A stretch of DNA of 64,000 nt from Eledone cirrhosa (lineage: Eukaryota): assembly GCA_964016885.1 (NCBI GenBank), contig OZ024748.1, positions 21,948,001 to 22,012,000 on the forward strand, in the 5' to 3' direction. The position numbers were made by a program, and so were the translations under genes. The notes under the pieces were generated by a model. That model was not told where the DNA came from and did not search any database. It saw only the letters and a list, made by a program, of their open reading frames with translations. Shown piece after piece: positions 26,681-38,419 of the stretch (its first letter is position 1; each line of letters starts with the position of its first letter).

Positions 26681-26896
26681 CAATAGACATTAGTAACCAT
26701 TTAGGAACAATATATTAGAAGATCCACCAATCAACCAATCAAGCAATCAATCTATCAATGTATCGATTATTTAATTAGTTAATATTTAATTAATTTACTT
26801 TAATGTTTCGACTTTGATGAAGTTACACGAGAGAAGACGAGAAAACACGAGAGATTAGATGAAGTTTAATCTCAGAATTAATGAACTCTGATGAAG

Positions 26897-27959
26897 AGTG
26901 GTGGTGGTGGTGTGGAGGTGGTGGTGGTGGTAGACTGGTGGGTGGTGGGTGGTGGTGGTGGGTGGTGGTGTTGGTAGTGGTGGTAGTGGTGGTGGTAGAG
27001 TGGTGGACGGTGGTGATGGTGGTGGTGGTAGTGGTGGTGTTGGTAGTGGTGGTGGTGGTGGTAGAGTGGTGGACGGTGGTAGTGGTGATGGTGGTGGTGG
27101 TAGAGTTGTAGACGGTGGTGATGGTGGTGGTGGTAGTGGTGGTGTTGGTGGTGGTAGAGTGGTGGACGGTGGTGATGGTGGTGGTGGTAGTGGTGGTGGT
27201 GGTGGTAGAGTGGTGGACGGTGGTAGTGGTGATGGTGGTGGTGGTAGTGGTGGTGTTGGTGGTAGTGGCGGTGGTAGACTGGTGGGTGGTGGTAGTGGTG
27301 GTGGTGGGTCGTGATAGTGGTGGTGTTGGTGTTGGTAGTGGTGGTGGTGGTGGTTGTGGTGGTAGGGTGGTGGACGGTGGTGGTGGTGGTTGTAGTGGTG
27401 GTGTTGGTGGTGGTAGTGGTGGTAGTGGTGGTAGGGTGGTGAACGGTGGTGGTGGTGGTGGTGGTGGGTGGTGGTGGTGGTGGTTGTAGTGGTGGTGTTG
27501 GTGGTGGTAGTGGTGGTAGAGTGGTGGACGGAGGTAGTGGTGGTGGTGGTGGTAGTGGGTGGTGGTGGTGGTGGTGGTAGTGGTGGTGGTAGTGGTGATA
27601 GTGGTAGTAGAGTGGTGGACGGAGGTAGTGGTGGTAGTGGTGGTAGGGTGGTGGACGGTGGTAGTGGTGGTGTTGGTGGTGGTAGTGGTGGTAGTGGTGG
27701 TAGAGTGGTGGTGGTGGTGGTAGTGGTGGTAGTGGCGGTGGTGGTGGTAGTGGTGGTGGTGGTGGTCGCGGGTGAAGTGGTGGTAGTGGTGGTAGCGTGG
27801 TGGGTGGTGGTAGTGGTGGTAGTAGTGGTAGTGGTGATGGTCGTAGTGGCGGTAGTACTGGTAGTGGTGGTGGTGGTGGTAGCGGTGGTGGTAGTGGTGG
27901 TAGTAATAGTGGTGGTAGTAGTAGTAGTGGTAATGGTGGTAATAGTTGTAGTAGTTGTG

Positions 27960-27995
<36 letters not shown>
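26897..27995 (+). repeat. (GGT)n/(TAG)n trinucleotide-derived tract
   Basis: GGT runs punctuated by GGTAGAGTGGTGGACGG, grading into (TAG)n. Confidence 0.9.
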
Positions 27996-28021
27996 CCAGC
28001 TTTAGCACCTCACTACTACCA

Positions 28022-28062
28022 TAAGCTATGTTGCTAGGAAAAATATCTACTACACACAGACA

Positions 28063-28099
<37 letters not shown>

Positions 28100-28935
28100 A
28101 CACATGCAGATACACACACAGAGACACGCACACACAGACACACACACACACAGGCTATGTTGCTAGGGAATATAGATACTACTACTACACACACACACAC
28201 ACACATACGCACACACACACACACACTCACAGACAAACACAGACACACAGACACACATACGCACACACACACACGCATACACAAGCTATGTTGCTAGGGA
28301 ATATATCTACTACTACACACACACAAACACACACACTCACAGACACATACATACATACACACACACATACAAACACAGAAACACACACGCACACTCACAC
28401 ACATATACGCACACGCAAACACACAGACAAACAGACGCACACACACACACACACTCACAGACACATACATACACAGACACACACATACAAACACAGAAAC
28501 ACACACGCACACTCACACACATATACGCACACGCAAACACACAGACAGACAGACGCACACACACACACACACACACACAGACACACAGTCACGGACACAT
28601 GCAAACACACACACATAGACCCACACACACACAACCCAGACACACAGTCACAGACACATGCAAACACACACACACACACTCACACTCACACATAGACACA
28701 CACATACACACACACCCAGACACACAGTCACATGAACATACAGACTCATACACACACACACACACACATAGACACAGACACACACACACACACACACAGA
28801 CACACAGGCACATACACACACACACACACACACACATACATAGACACACACATACACACACACACAGAGCCACACACACACACACACACAGAGCCACACA
28901 CAAGCTATGTTGCTAGGGAATATATACACCTACTA
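28022..28935 (+). repeat. Compound repeat: four copies of AAGCTATGTTGCTAGGGAATATA separated by CA-rich tracts
   Basis: Motif at about 28023, 28152, 28283 and 28902. Confidence 0.8.
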
Positions 28936-29211
28936 CAGCTCTATTGCTGATGTAACAATATCTTTTATTATTTCATCCCATCTTGTAGCACTTCGGAACA
29001 ACCGACAATCATCACCCCTCCCTGTCTCATATTGATCCGAGATGCAGACATTACGTCAGGCTGCTAGTTTGCATTTCATGCTCTTTCGCTAATGCAGACT
29101 GCTGCACCGTCCTTTGGCCTCTTATATAAAATTCATCACTTTGCACAGAAGCTTGTTATAACCTCTCCCAGATAGGTTCGGTTCCTGTTAACGGCTTATT
29201 ATATTTTTCTT

Positions 29212-29603
29212 GGGCGGTGAATTGGCAGTATCGGTAGAGGGTTGGATGCCATGCTTTGATGCATAGAGTTACGGCCCTTGCCATTCTGAGTTCAAATCCC
29301 GCCTAGGTTAACTTTCATCTTTACGGGGTGGATAAAATAAAGTACCAGTAATGCACTGGGTAATTGCTGGCCTTGTGCCAAAAGTGGAAACAATTATATT
29401 TTTCTTCAATTTTTCTTAGGGCAGTGGATTGGCAGTATTGGTAGAGGGTCGGACGCCACCTTTCGAGCATAGTTACGTCCCTTTACGGTCTGAGTTCAAA
29501 TCCTGCCGAGGTTAACTTTGCCTTTCATCCTTACGGGGTCGATGAAATAAAGTACCAGTAATACACTGGGTAATTGCTGGCCTTGTGCCAAAAGTAGAAA
29601 CAA
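29212..29603 (+). mobile_element. Two tandem full-length family A SINEs
   Basis: 29212-29393 and 29418-29603; target ATTATATTTTT(T)CTT is repeated. Confidence 0.85.
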
Positions 29604-29702
29604 TTATATTTTTCTTCAATGCATATGTTGAATATAAACTTATTCAAACAGGTTAAAATTTAAGATTGTTCGGTTAATTTGCTTCAATATAATATTTATA
29701 TA

Positions 29703-30100
29703 CAGTATACCCCATTCACGTTTCCGACATTCGTGGTTCCGGTTATTCGCGGAATTTCCCTCAGAACTTGACTAAAACCACCGCATATTCGCGGAATCGC
29801 AAATACCTTTCGCGATTTTTTAATGGCCTTTTTCCGTGGCAATCTATTTATTTTTAAAGCTGAATAATTAATAACAATGTACCGTATTTTCCGGCCTATT
29901 GGACGCCCCTTTGCATAAGACACTCCTTTTTTTTTTATTATATATTTTATTTTATATTTTGACGTTTTTTAAGCATTTTTATGAACCACGTCCAATATTC
30001 GCGGTTTTTCACTCGGGTGCGCAAGGAGTGTAACCCCCGCGAATACGGGGGTTTCACTCGGGTGCGCAAGGAGTGTAACCCCCGCGAATACGGGGGTCAA

Positions 30101-30103
<3 letters not shown>
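29703..30103. mobile_element. Tc1/pogo (Tigger-like) MITE, copy 1
   Basis: TA|CAGT...ACTG|TA ends and repeated ATTCGCGG motifs; homologous to 58802-59181; contains a tandem duplication of about 45 bp near the right end. Confidence 0.75.
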
Positions 30104-30154
<51 letters not shown>

Positions 30155-30162
<8 letters not shown>

Positions 30163-30292
30163 ATACTTTGGGAGGGTCATGTTGCCAATAAGAAACACAC
30201 GCACCAGTTGCTTTCACTTCAATTTATTATAATAAATTTATAAATTTATAAATTTCTGGTTGGTTGGTTGGTTCCACAACCAGATAGTTGTT
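30155..30292 (-). mobile_element. 3' pLTR fragment of the Neptune-like PLE at 47-49 kb
   Basis: Nearly identical to 46865-47007; embedded in (TA)n. Confidence 0.85.
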
Positions 30293-30317
30293 TATATATA
30301 TATATATATATATATAT

Positions 30318-30681
30318 CAGTGGCGAAGGGTAACCTGGAAAGCAGGGAATGCAGTTCAATCGCCATGGCGGAAAGTGGGGCTGTGCAGCCGTACCCCCCT
30401 CCAATTCCCTCTAAATGACCCTCCCGGTCAAAGCCGCTGTAGTGTTATCTAGTGTGTGTGTTATCTTTTTATGTGTCTACGAGTTAGTAAGCAGTCAAAA
30501 CTCTGCTTGCACCAAAGCTGTCGTGTGTTCGTGTGTATGTGCGTGTGTGTGTTATCTTTTTATGTGTCTACGATTTAGTAAGCAGTCAAAATTCTGCTTG
30601 CTTCAACCGACGCAATTGATCAACTCAAGATTCTATAACGCATACACTGCATGCGTTGCATGCACGGACCCTTCGGCCCTG
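30318..30681. mobile_element. hAT-like MITE inserted in (TA)n
   Basis: TIRs CAGTGGCGAAGGGT / ACCCTTCGGCCCTG (12 of 14 match); internal duplication of about 58 bp. Confidence 0.6.
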
Positions 30682-30818
30682 ATATATATATATATATATA
30701 TATATATAAAGAATTAATATATCTAGTAACATATATATACACAGATGCATACTTATGCTACCAAATATATAGGTTTTGTCTTAGTAACTTTGTGGTTCAA
30801 TGCATGGGGATGCAGAAC

Positions 30819-31088
30819 AATAATATGAGAGACGTAAAATAAGAAAATTATAAAATTAACTTACTGACTAAAATTTCACTCCAACTAATTAGTTTCTGAA
30901 AGGGAATAAACATACTTTTCGGAGAAACGTACGGAGAAGCATCAGCTGAGAATAGACTTCCCTGATGACGAAAGGCTTCTCCGTACGTTTCTTCGAAAAC
31001 TATGTTTATTCCCTTTCAGAAACTAATTAGTTGGAGTGAAATTTTAGTAAGTAAGTTAATTTTATAATTTTCTTATTTTACGTGTCTC

Positions 31089-31093
<5 letters not shown>
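30819..31093. repeat. Fold-back with arms of about 120 bp (PLE pLTR-like)
   Basis: 30819-30942 is the reverse complement of 30975-31093; ends in (TA)n. Confidence 0.85.
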
Positions 31094-31159
<66 letters not shown>

Positions 31160-31352
31160 GTATATATATGTACGTATATATATAAACATTAAGGAAAACG
31201 ATGAAATTTCATTTACATGTAAGTTTTTTTTTATTGTGTATCTATAAAAAACTAACATCTAATTGAAACTTTATAGTTTTCCTTTATATATTCCGTCTGT
31301 GCATCGAGTTCTTACTTTGCTACGACGACTAGTAAATCACAGAATCGCATAC

Positions 31353-31680
<328 letters not shown>

Positions 31681-31870
31681 ATATATATATATATATATAT
31701 ATATGGTCACATCACTTCTGGTAGCGTCTTTGGGGAGCCGTATTGACGGCGTTTCTTGGGCATTTTATGCCTGGCGGAGCCCATCCCTTTCCAGGCCGGA
31801 GTACACCAGATTCTTCCAAAGATTTCTTCCAAAGATTTCTTCCAAAGATTTCTTCCAAAGATTTCTTCCA

Positions 31871-32028
31871 AAGGATGAAAGGCAAAGTTGACCTCGGCGG
31901 GATTTGAACTCAGAGAGCAGAAACGAATACCATAAAGCATTCTAGCTGACGTTCTTACGGGGTCAATAAAATAAAGTACCAGTAATGCACTGGGATAATT
32001 GCTGGCCTTGTGCAAAAAGTAGAAACAA
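31871..32028. mobile_element. Family A SINE with inverted 5' half, preceded by (GATTTCTTCCAAA)x5
   Basis: 31871-31952 is the minus-strand head to CATCCTT; 31953-32028 resumes on the plus strand at CTTACGGGG. Confidence 0.65.
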
Positions 32029-32149
32029 TTATATATATATATATATGTATATATATATGTATGTATGTATGTATGTCTGTATGTATGTATGTCTGTATGT
32101 ATGTATGTATAAATATATGTATGTAGGTATGTATATGTATGTATGTGTC

Positions 32150-32440
32150 GGGGTCTTCCATTGTTTCCGACGACGTGTACTTCAGTTGATTCAGTCAATG
32201 GAACTGCGTGCTCGTGAAATTAACGTGCATGTTGCTGAGCTTTCATAACGTAGTTCTCAGGGAGATTCAGTGTGACAAGGCTGACCACTTGAAATACAGG
32301 TACAACTCATTTTTGTCAGCTGAGTAGATTGGAGCAGCGTAAAATAAAGAGTATTGCTCAGTCACAAAGCTTCGCCTGGTCAAGGAATCGAACTCACGAC
32401 ATTACGATCTTGAGTTGAACACACTCTAACTATGCGTCTT
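32150..32440 (-). mobile_element. Family B SINE
   Basis: GGAATCGAACTC head complement and conserved body. Confidence 0.75.
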
Positions 32441-32441
32441 C

Positions 32442-32514
<73 letters not shown>

Positions 32515-32616
32515 ACAGTATAAATATACATATTGTTATAATTTGGGAGTGTTTTGTTTTCCAATTAAAACACACGCATCAATTAAATTTCAATTCATTG
32601 TTATTATTAGTCAGAT

Positions 32617-33105
32617 AAGTACCAGTAATGTACTGAGTAATTGCGGCCTTGTGCCTAAAATAGAAACAATTATTAGTCAGATAAGGGCGGTGGATTGGCG
32701 GTATCTGTAGAACGTGAGACAACATGCTTTGTAGCATATAGTTACGGCCTTTTACGAGTTCAAATCACGCCAAGGTTAACTTTGACTTTCATCCTTACGA
32801 GGTTGATAAAATAAAGTACCAGTAACGAACTGGGGTCGAGTTAATCGACTTTCTCATTCCCTTCAAATTGTTGGCCTTGTGCCTAAATCAGAAACCATTA
32901 TTGGTTAGGTAACTATGAAGGGCGGTGGATTGGCAGTATCGGTAGAGGGTCGGACGCCATGCTTTACAGCATAGTTACGTCCCTTTACGATCTGAGTTCA
33001 AATCCCGCCGAGATTGACTTTGCCTTTCATCCTTACGGGGTCGATAAAGTAAAGTACCAGTAATGCACTGGGTAATTGCTGGCCTTGTGCCTAAAGTAGA
33101 AACAA
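32617..33105 (+). mobile_element. Cluster of three family A SINEs
   Basis: TSDs ATTATTAGTCAGATAAG and ATTATTGGTTAGGTAACTATGAA (23 bp). Confidence 0.85.
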
Positions 33106-33124
33106 TTATTGGTTAGGTAACTAT

Positions 33125-33252
33125 GAAACTGAAGTAAAATTCAACTGGTGCCTGTGTTTTTTTATAGGTAACATTACCTTCCTAAATTATAACAATATCT
33201 GTTTCAACACACGATTTCACATCAAGAATCCTGCAAAAGAAATACAAAAACC

Positions 33253-33255
<3 letters not shown>
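33125..33255 (+). mobile_element. Diverged PLE 3' terminal fragment
   Basis: Similar to 48790-48918 (CAACTGGTGC...TTTCAACACACGATTTC). Confidence 0.7.
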
Positions 33256-33308
<53 letters not shown>

Positions 33309-33327
33309 GTGTATATATATATATATA

Positions 33328-33607
<280 letters not shown>

Positions 33608-33702
33608 TAGATAGATCCGTATGTGGTCAACAGCTAATAGAAAAAAAGCACTCAATACTGAAGTAGAGTTTTCATATTCATTTTATTAAGGTTAAATAGT
33701 GA

Positions 33703-33778
33703 GTCTTGTTACTTTGGAGTTTCGCCTGTTTAGTACAGGGTTCTTGTCGGATGACCCTGTGATAAACAGGTGAAACTC
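33703..33778. ncRNA. Hammerhead split across a fold-back junction
   Basis: Plus: UCUUGU-CGGAUGA-C CCUGU gauaa ACAGG U-GAAACUC. Minus: CCUGU acuaa ACAGG C-GAAA-CU ccaa AG-UA/-ACAAGA. Together they reconstruct a full motif. Confidence 0.6.
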
Positions 33779-34089
33779 TCTCTGGAAGAAATCAGCTGTG
33801 TTCAGACCTGGAGCGGAGATTGTTTCTGCCAGACATAAAGTGCCCAAGACGTGTCATATGGCATGATAGCGCCCCTACGATATCATATGGAGTTACAGGT
33901 CCAGAAAGGAAAGCATACACAAGAGAGAAGTGAGATACGAAAGTATATTCTTATATTCTCAGGCACACTCACAGACACACACACATACACATACACATAC
34001 ACACATAGGGACATACATAGATACCTATATGAACGTGTACCCCCATCACACGTATATATATACATACATATATATATATATATATAGTG

Positions 34090-34205
34090 AAAAGATAACA
34101 AGGAAGATTGGTTACTCCTTCATTACATTTATTGGTTGGTGACGCGCGTTTCGCCACTGATCAGCTCAATGTTGGATCTGTATCGATCTTACCAGACTCT
34201 GTAAT
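34090..34205 (-). mobile_element. pLTR fragment with the 3' half of a long-stem-II hammerhead
   Basis: GAAA-CGCGCG-UC/; upstream sequence resembles stem II of the 36058-36151 motif. Confidence 0.55.
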
Positions 34206-34262
34206 CTGCAGCTCGAGGGACCCCTTGGAATGCTAGTAGAAAAATGTTTCTACTAGAAAAAT

Positions 34263-34359
<97 letters not shown>

Positions 34360-34454
34360 GTAATCCTTATCGGGCCCTCTTTGTATTTTAGTCTTCACAT
34401 TTATTATTACTACTATATATATATATATATATAATATAATATATATATATATAA

Positions 34455-34845
34455 TATATAAGAACAAAAGATGGTTAAAAGAGTTCCATGTATTTTATTA
34501 TGCGCATTTCAAAAACAAATGTCATCATGCAATAATATTTGTGTTTTCATCAGATAAAACAGGAAGACATGATATGAAGGTTAAAAATCACTTGTGGATA
34601 GTTCAGTTTTAAATCAACATATGTTGATTTTTAACCTTCATATCATGTCTTCCTGTTTTATCTGATGAAAACACAAATATTATTGCATGATGATATTTGT
34701 TTTTGAAATGCGCATAATAAAATACATGGAACTCTTTTAACCATCTTTTGTTCTTATATATTATGTATACTCCAGTCCTACAAACTGTAGAGTGCTTCTT
34801 ATCCGATATCTGCATTGCTTTATTGTACTACAATAAAACTCACCT

Positions 34846-34850
<5 letters not shown>
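34455..34850. mobile_element. PLE pLTR-like fold-back (arms about 34455-34588 and 34626-34760) in (TA)n
   Basis: Near-perfect inverted repeat of about 133 bp with a hammerhead in each arm. Confidence 0.85.
34656..34722 (+). ncRNA. Type I hammerhead ribozyme (mirror copy 34493-34559, minus strand)
   Basis: UUUUAU-CUGAUGA-long stem II-GAAA-UGCGCA-UA/-AUAAAA. Confidence 0.85.
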
Positions 34851-34901
<51 letters not shown>

Positions 34902-34949
34902 ATCCTTATCGGGCCCTCTTTGTATTTTAGTCTTCACATTTATTATTAC

Positions 34950-34988
<39 letters not shown>

Positions 34989-35685
34989 TGTGTGTGTGTG
35001 AGGATTGGTAGGTGCACGCATAATCTATAGACAGACAGACAGAAATATAGATCGATAGCTAGTCAGACGAATAAGCACATAGACATAGGGCCAGGATGAT
35101 AGATAAGATTGATAATAAAATAGACAGAATGAAAGTTGGATCGAAATTGTATCGGTTACTGAGAGACTCGGAAAAAGACACATACATAGGTATGTTACCC
35201 GGAGATTTACCCATTTGCATTGTCGAGGCTTCCAAACGACTTATAAATATTTACTTATTGTTCCACAATGCTTCAAGCAAACTTCAATACTCTCTTATAC
35301 ATAGGTAAATATATAGATATTTCACTTGAAGTTAGCCAAATGACAGATAAGTGAGAATAAAAATATAGATAACAACCATCCAGTCAACTTTAGAATATAG
35401 ATTGGTAAATATATAAAGAGGTGCAGAGCTAGAAAGGTAGTTATATGCTACAGAAGCATACACTATATATATCTGCGTACGCACATGGATACAGACACTA
35501 CATACATGTATGTGTATGTATTGTTTGAATAATATAGGAGCTGCAGAAACCAAAATGCTAGATTTTACCATCATTCTAGCGGGTCCGGGTAAAGATTTTT
35601 TCATTCATATATATTATTATTTGTCTGACCCGAATTTTCTTGGTCGTTTTTTCGGCTGTGCGAATGATTTTAAGCATTATCTCAG

Positions 35686-35780
35686 TGGTTAACTTTGCCT
35701 TTCATCCTTACGGGGTCGATAAAATAAAGTACCAGTAATGTACTGGTGAATTTCTGGCCTTGTGCCAAATGTAGAAACAA
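35686..35780 (+). mobile_element. Truncated family A SINE
   Basis: Core sequence; TSD ATTATCTCAGTG. Confidence 0.85.
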
Positions 35781-35919
35781 TTATCTCAGTGTGTTGGTAT
35801 TTAAACGTTAGTTATAGCTCTGGTTTATCCAAACTATTGAGCACTTTGCCACACTTTTCGAAGATGATTGTGTTTCGTTATTTCGTGGGCCGAGATTCCG
35901 ATTCTCGATAATTTATTTG

Positions 35920-35998
<79 letters not shown>

Positions 35999-36057
35999 AT
36001 AGAGAGAGATTATTATAGATAACGAGGAATCAGTGATGCATCAAAACACAATTTATT

Positions 36058-36151
36058 AACATATTACATATGTTTCTCCGAGGATCAGCTCAAGGCAGGA
36101 TCTGTTGCAGATCGAACCTGACTCTGCATTCGCAAGTTCCTCAGATATGTT
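36058..36151 (-). ncRNA. Type I hammerhead with a long (61-nt) stem II region
   Basis: AACAUAU-CUGAGGA-[61 nt including GAUCUG/CAGAUC hairpin]-GAAA-CAUAUG-UA/-AUAUGUU. Confidence 0.7.
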
Positions 36152-36259
36152 TTGCGCTTTCAAAGCATTTCATCCGCGAGCATCGAGTGCTCAAACGGCA
36201 TACCGCCTACGGACGCATTTATTGCAACGCTACAACAATTATATATATATATATATATA

Positions 36260-36438
36260 TAGGAAAAAGTATGACCCCGACGGCAGAGCTCAAGCCGTTT
36301 CGACGGCTATTTCTGGACTAGCCGTCGAAATAGCTCTGCCGCGGGATCATACTTTTTCCTATTTCCAACTCTACTACCCTAAGTATTGAGTACTCCGGTG
36401 CGTTATGGTCCATTTGGTTCCTTACCACAATTCCTTTG

Positions 36439-36442
<4 letters not shown>
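36260..36442 (+). mobile_element. Hairpin element family H, copy 2 (with deletions)
   Basis: Homology to copy 1; embedded in (TA)n. Confidence 0.8.
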
Positions 36443-36476
<34 letters not shown>

Positions 36477-36480
<4 letters not shown>

Positions 36481-36673
36481 GTAAGCTATCGCCGTATTTT
36501 GACTAAAGAAATTAAAGAAATTATTTAGCCTGATAGTGGCGTTAAGAACTGAGGGTTCTTAACGCCACTATCAGGCTAAATAATTTCTCTAATTTCTTTA
36601 GTCAAAATACGGCGATAGCTTACATTTCTAATAATTTCAAACGCACTCGCTGTTTCGAAAATATTCTTACTTG

Positions 36674-36675
<2 letters not shown>
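36477..36675. repeat. Fold-back with arms of about 73 bp plus tail, embedded in (TA)n
   Basis: 36477-36549 is the reverse complement of 36556-36628; same architecture as the other pLTR fold-backs. Confidence 0.85.
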
Positions 36676-36742
<67 letters not shown>

Positions 36743-36784
36743 CGTGCGTGTGTGTGTATACACTACACACATATTTATTTCATG

Positions 36785-37050
36785 ATCATCATCATCGTTT
36801 AACGTCCAACTTCCACGCTAGCATGGGTTGGGCGGTTTTGTCCCACTTGAGGCAAGATTGGTCGGCAGACCGTGTCTCGCTCGTACATAACTGTTTCTGG
36901 CTGGTTTGCTATGGCTGGATACCCTTCCTAACACCAACCACATTTACAATGTGGACTGGGAGTCTTTTTATCGTGTCTCCTAACCGACCACTTTACAGTG
37001 TGGACTGGGTGCTTTTTGTCGTGTTACCTACACGATCACTTTACAGTGGA
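36785..37050 (-). mobile_element. Family C SINE / RTE-tailed fragment
   Basis: (CAT)n tail, CGTTTAACGTCC, GGCTGGATACCCTTCCTAACACCAACC. Confidence 0.5.
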
Positions 37051-37392
37051 CGTAAATGGGAGGATGGAGTAGGGTGTGTGGGGTGGGGTGTGTATTGGGT
37101 TAAGAGGTGCCTACTGACTGTAAAAATCTCGAACCAGTGACATTGTCTTAAAGAGGTATAAGTGAGCAAGGTTAGTATTCCCTACAATGAACTCTGATTG
37201 GCTAACTGAAAGATCAATTTGATACAGATGATGAACCAAAGATCAATTCAATTGTCAATATCCTTTAGCATGACCCGCGCATATTACGCTTCTTAAAATA
37301 TTGTGACACGAGCCTCTCGATGGGTTTTTGATGCTCCAACACGACCTGCTTTTGAATACTATAGACACTGTCTGGCAGGTGGAGGAGATATT

Positions 37393-37555
37393 CAGACCTG
37401 TTAACACTCCTCGTCCGACGGGGTGATCTCCTACACACTTTGGGGTGGGCGAGCGATGTCTTCTTTTGTGAAAACGGATATAGCTTTCATTATGTAAAAT
37501 CTTCCCATTTTGCCTCATTTCTCCCCGTTTGAGTTTTTAGAAGTTGATAGGTCTG
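37393..37555. mobile_element. MITE with CAGACCT..AAC TIRs, copy 1
   Basis: CAGACCTGTTAAC / GTTGATAGGTCTG, flanked by GATATT on both sides; homologous in reverse to 52638-52827. Confidence 0.75.
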
Positions 37556-38224
37556 GATATTGTCCCTCACATCGATCAGAGTTACGCACAATTGATATTT
37601 CAGGGATACGAGAAATGTCCCTGCGTTGTTCGAAGAAAGAGTAAGGTATCGATCTACTTTCCTTTGCCACATAACTCTGCCAGGCAAACCTTTTCTCTGT
37701 CAGGTATTTTATATCTAGAGCCTATTTATTAGATATTGCGTTAGCGACAGAACAGAATTGTCTTCTTTTTCGTTCAATTCAGCTTTTCCACTCATTCCTG
37801 GATTTGGCAGGACATAGTTTAAGTATGTTGTTGTTGTTATTGTGTTCATAAAAATTGATCAAAATATTTTCTGTTACAAAATCATTGTTTTTCTTGTGAA
37901 AAACTGTCTAATCTGCTGAGAAATTGAATTTGTTTTCTTTTACTCCGTTTACTGTCTGTAAAACCGTGTTTGTTTTCGTTCGTGTTTTGGTGGCCGTTTC
38001 TACATTGAATAGCTGAATTTTTTTTTTCTCAAATCAAAATCTTTTTTGCCAAAAAATAAAAAAAGAACCACAGTAAATAACACCTCAGCGTAAAAAACTA
38101 TCTCTCGTTGTTTCACCTGGTAAAAATCCAAAATATTAAGACTAAAAGAAAACACGCCTGATCGCAGCAAAAGAAAATATCAGCATCAGCATCAGTAGCA
38201 TCAGCACCAGCAGCAATAATAATA

Positions 38225-38400
38225 ATTGTTTCTACTTTTTGGCACAAGGCCAGCAATTACCCCAGTGCATTACTGGTACTTTATTTTATCGACCCCGTAA
38301 GGATGAAAGGCAAAGTTAACTTCAGCGGGATTTGAACTCAGTCCGTAAGGGGACGTAACTCTATGCTAGAAAGCATGGCATCCGATTCTCTACTGATACT
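38225..38400 (-). mobile_element. Family A SINE
   Basis: Reverse-complement core and head. Confidence 0.85.
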
Positions 38401-38419
38401 GCAGCAATAATAATAATGA

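Noticed and set aside
25980-28284. Pro/His/Gly-rich extensin-like ORFs
   Set aside because: Products of G-rich and (GGT)n low-complexity DNA, open in several frames.
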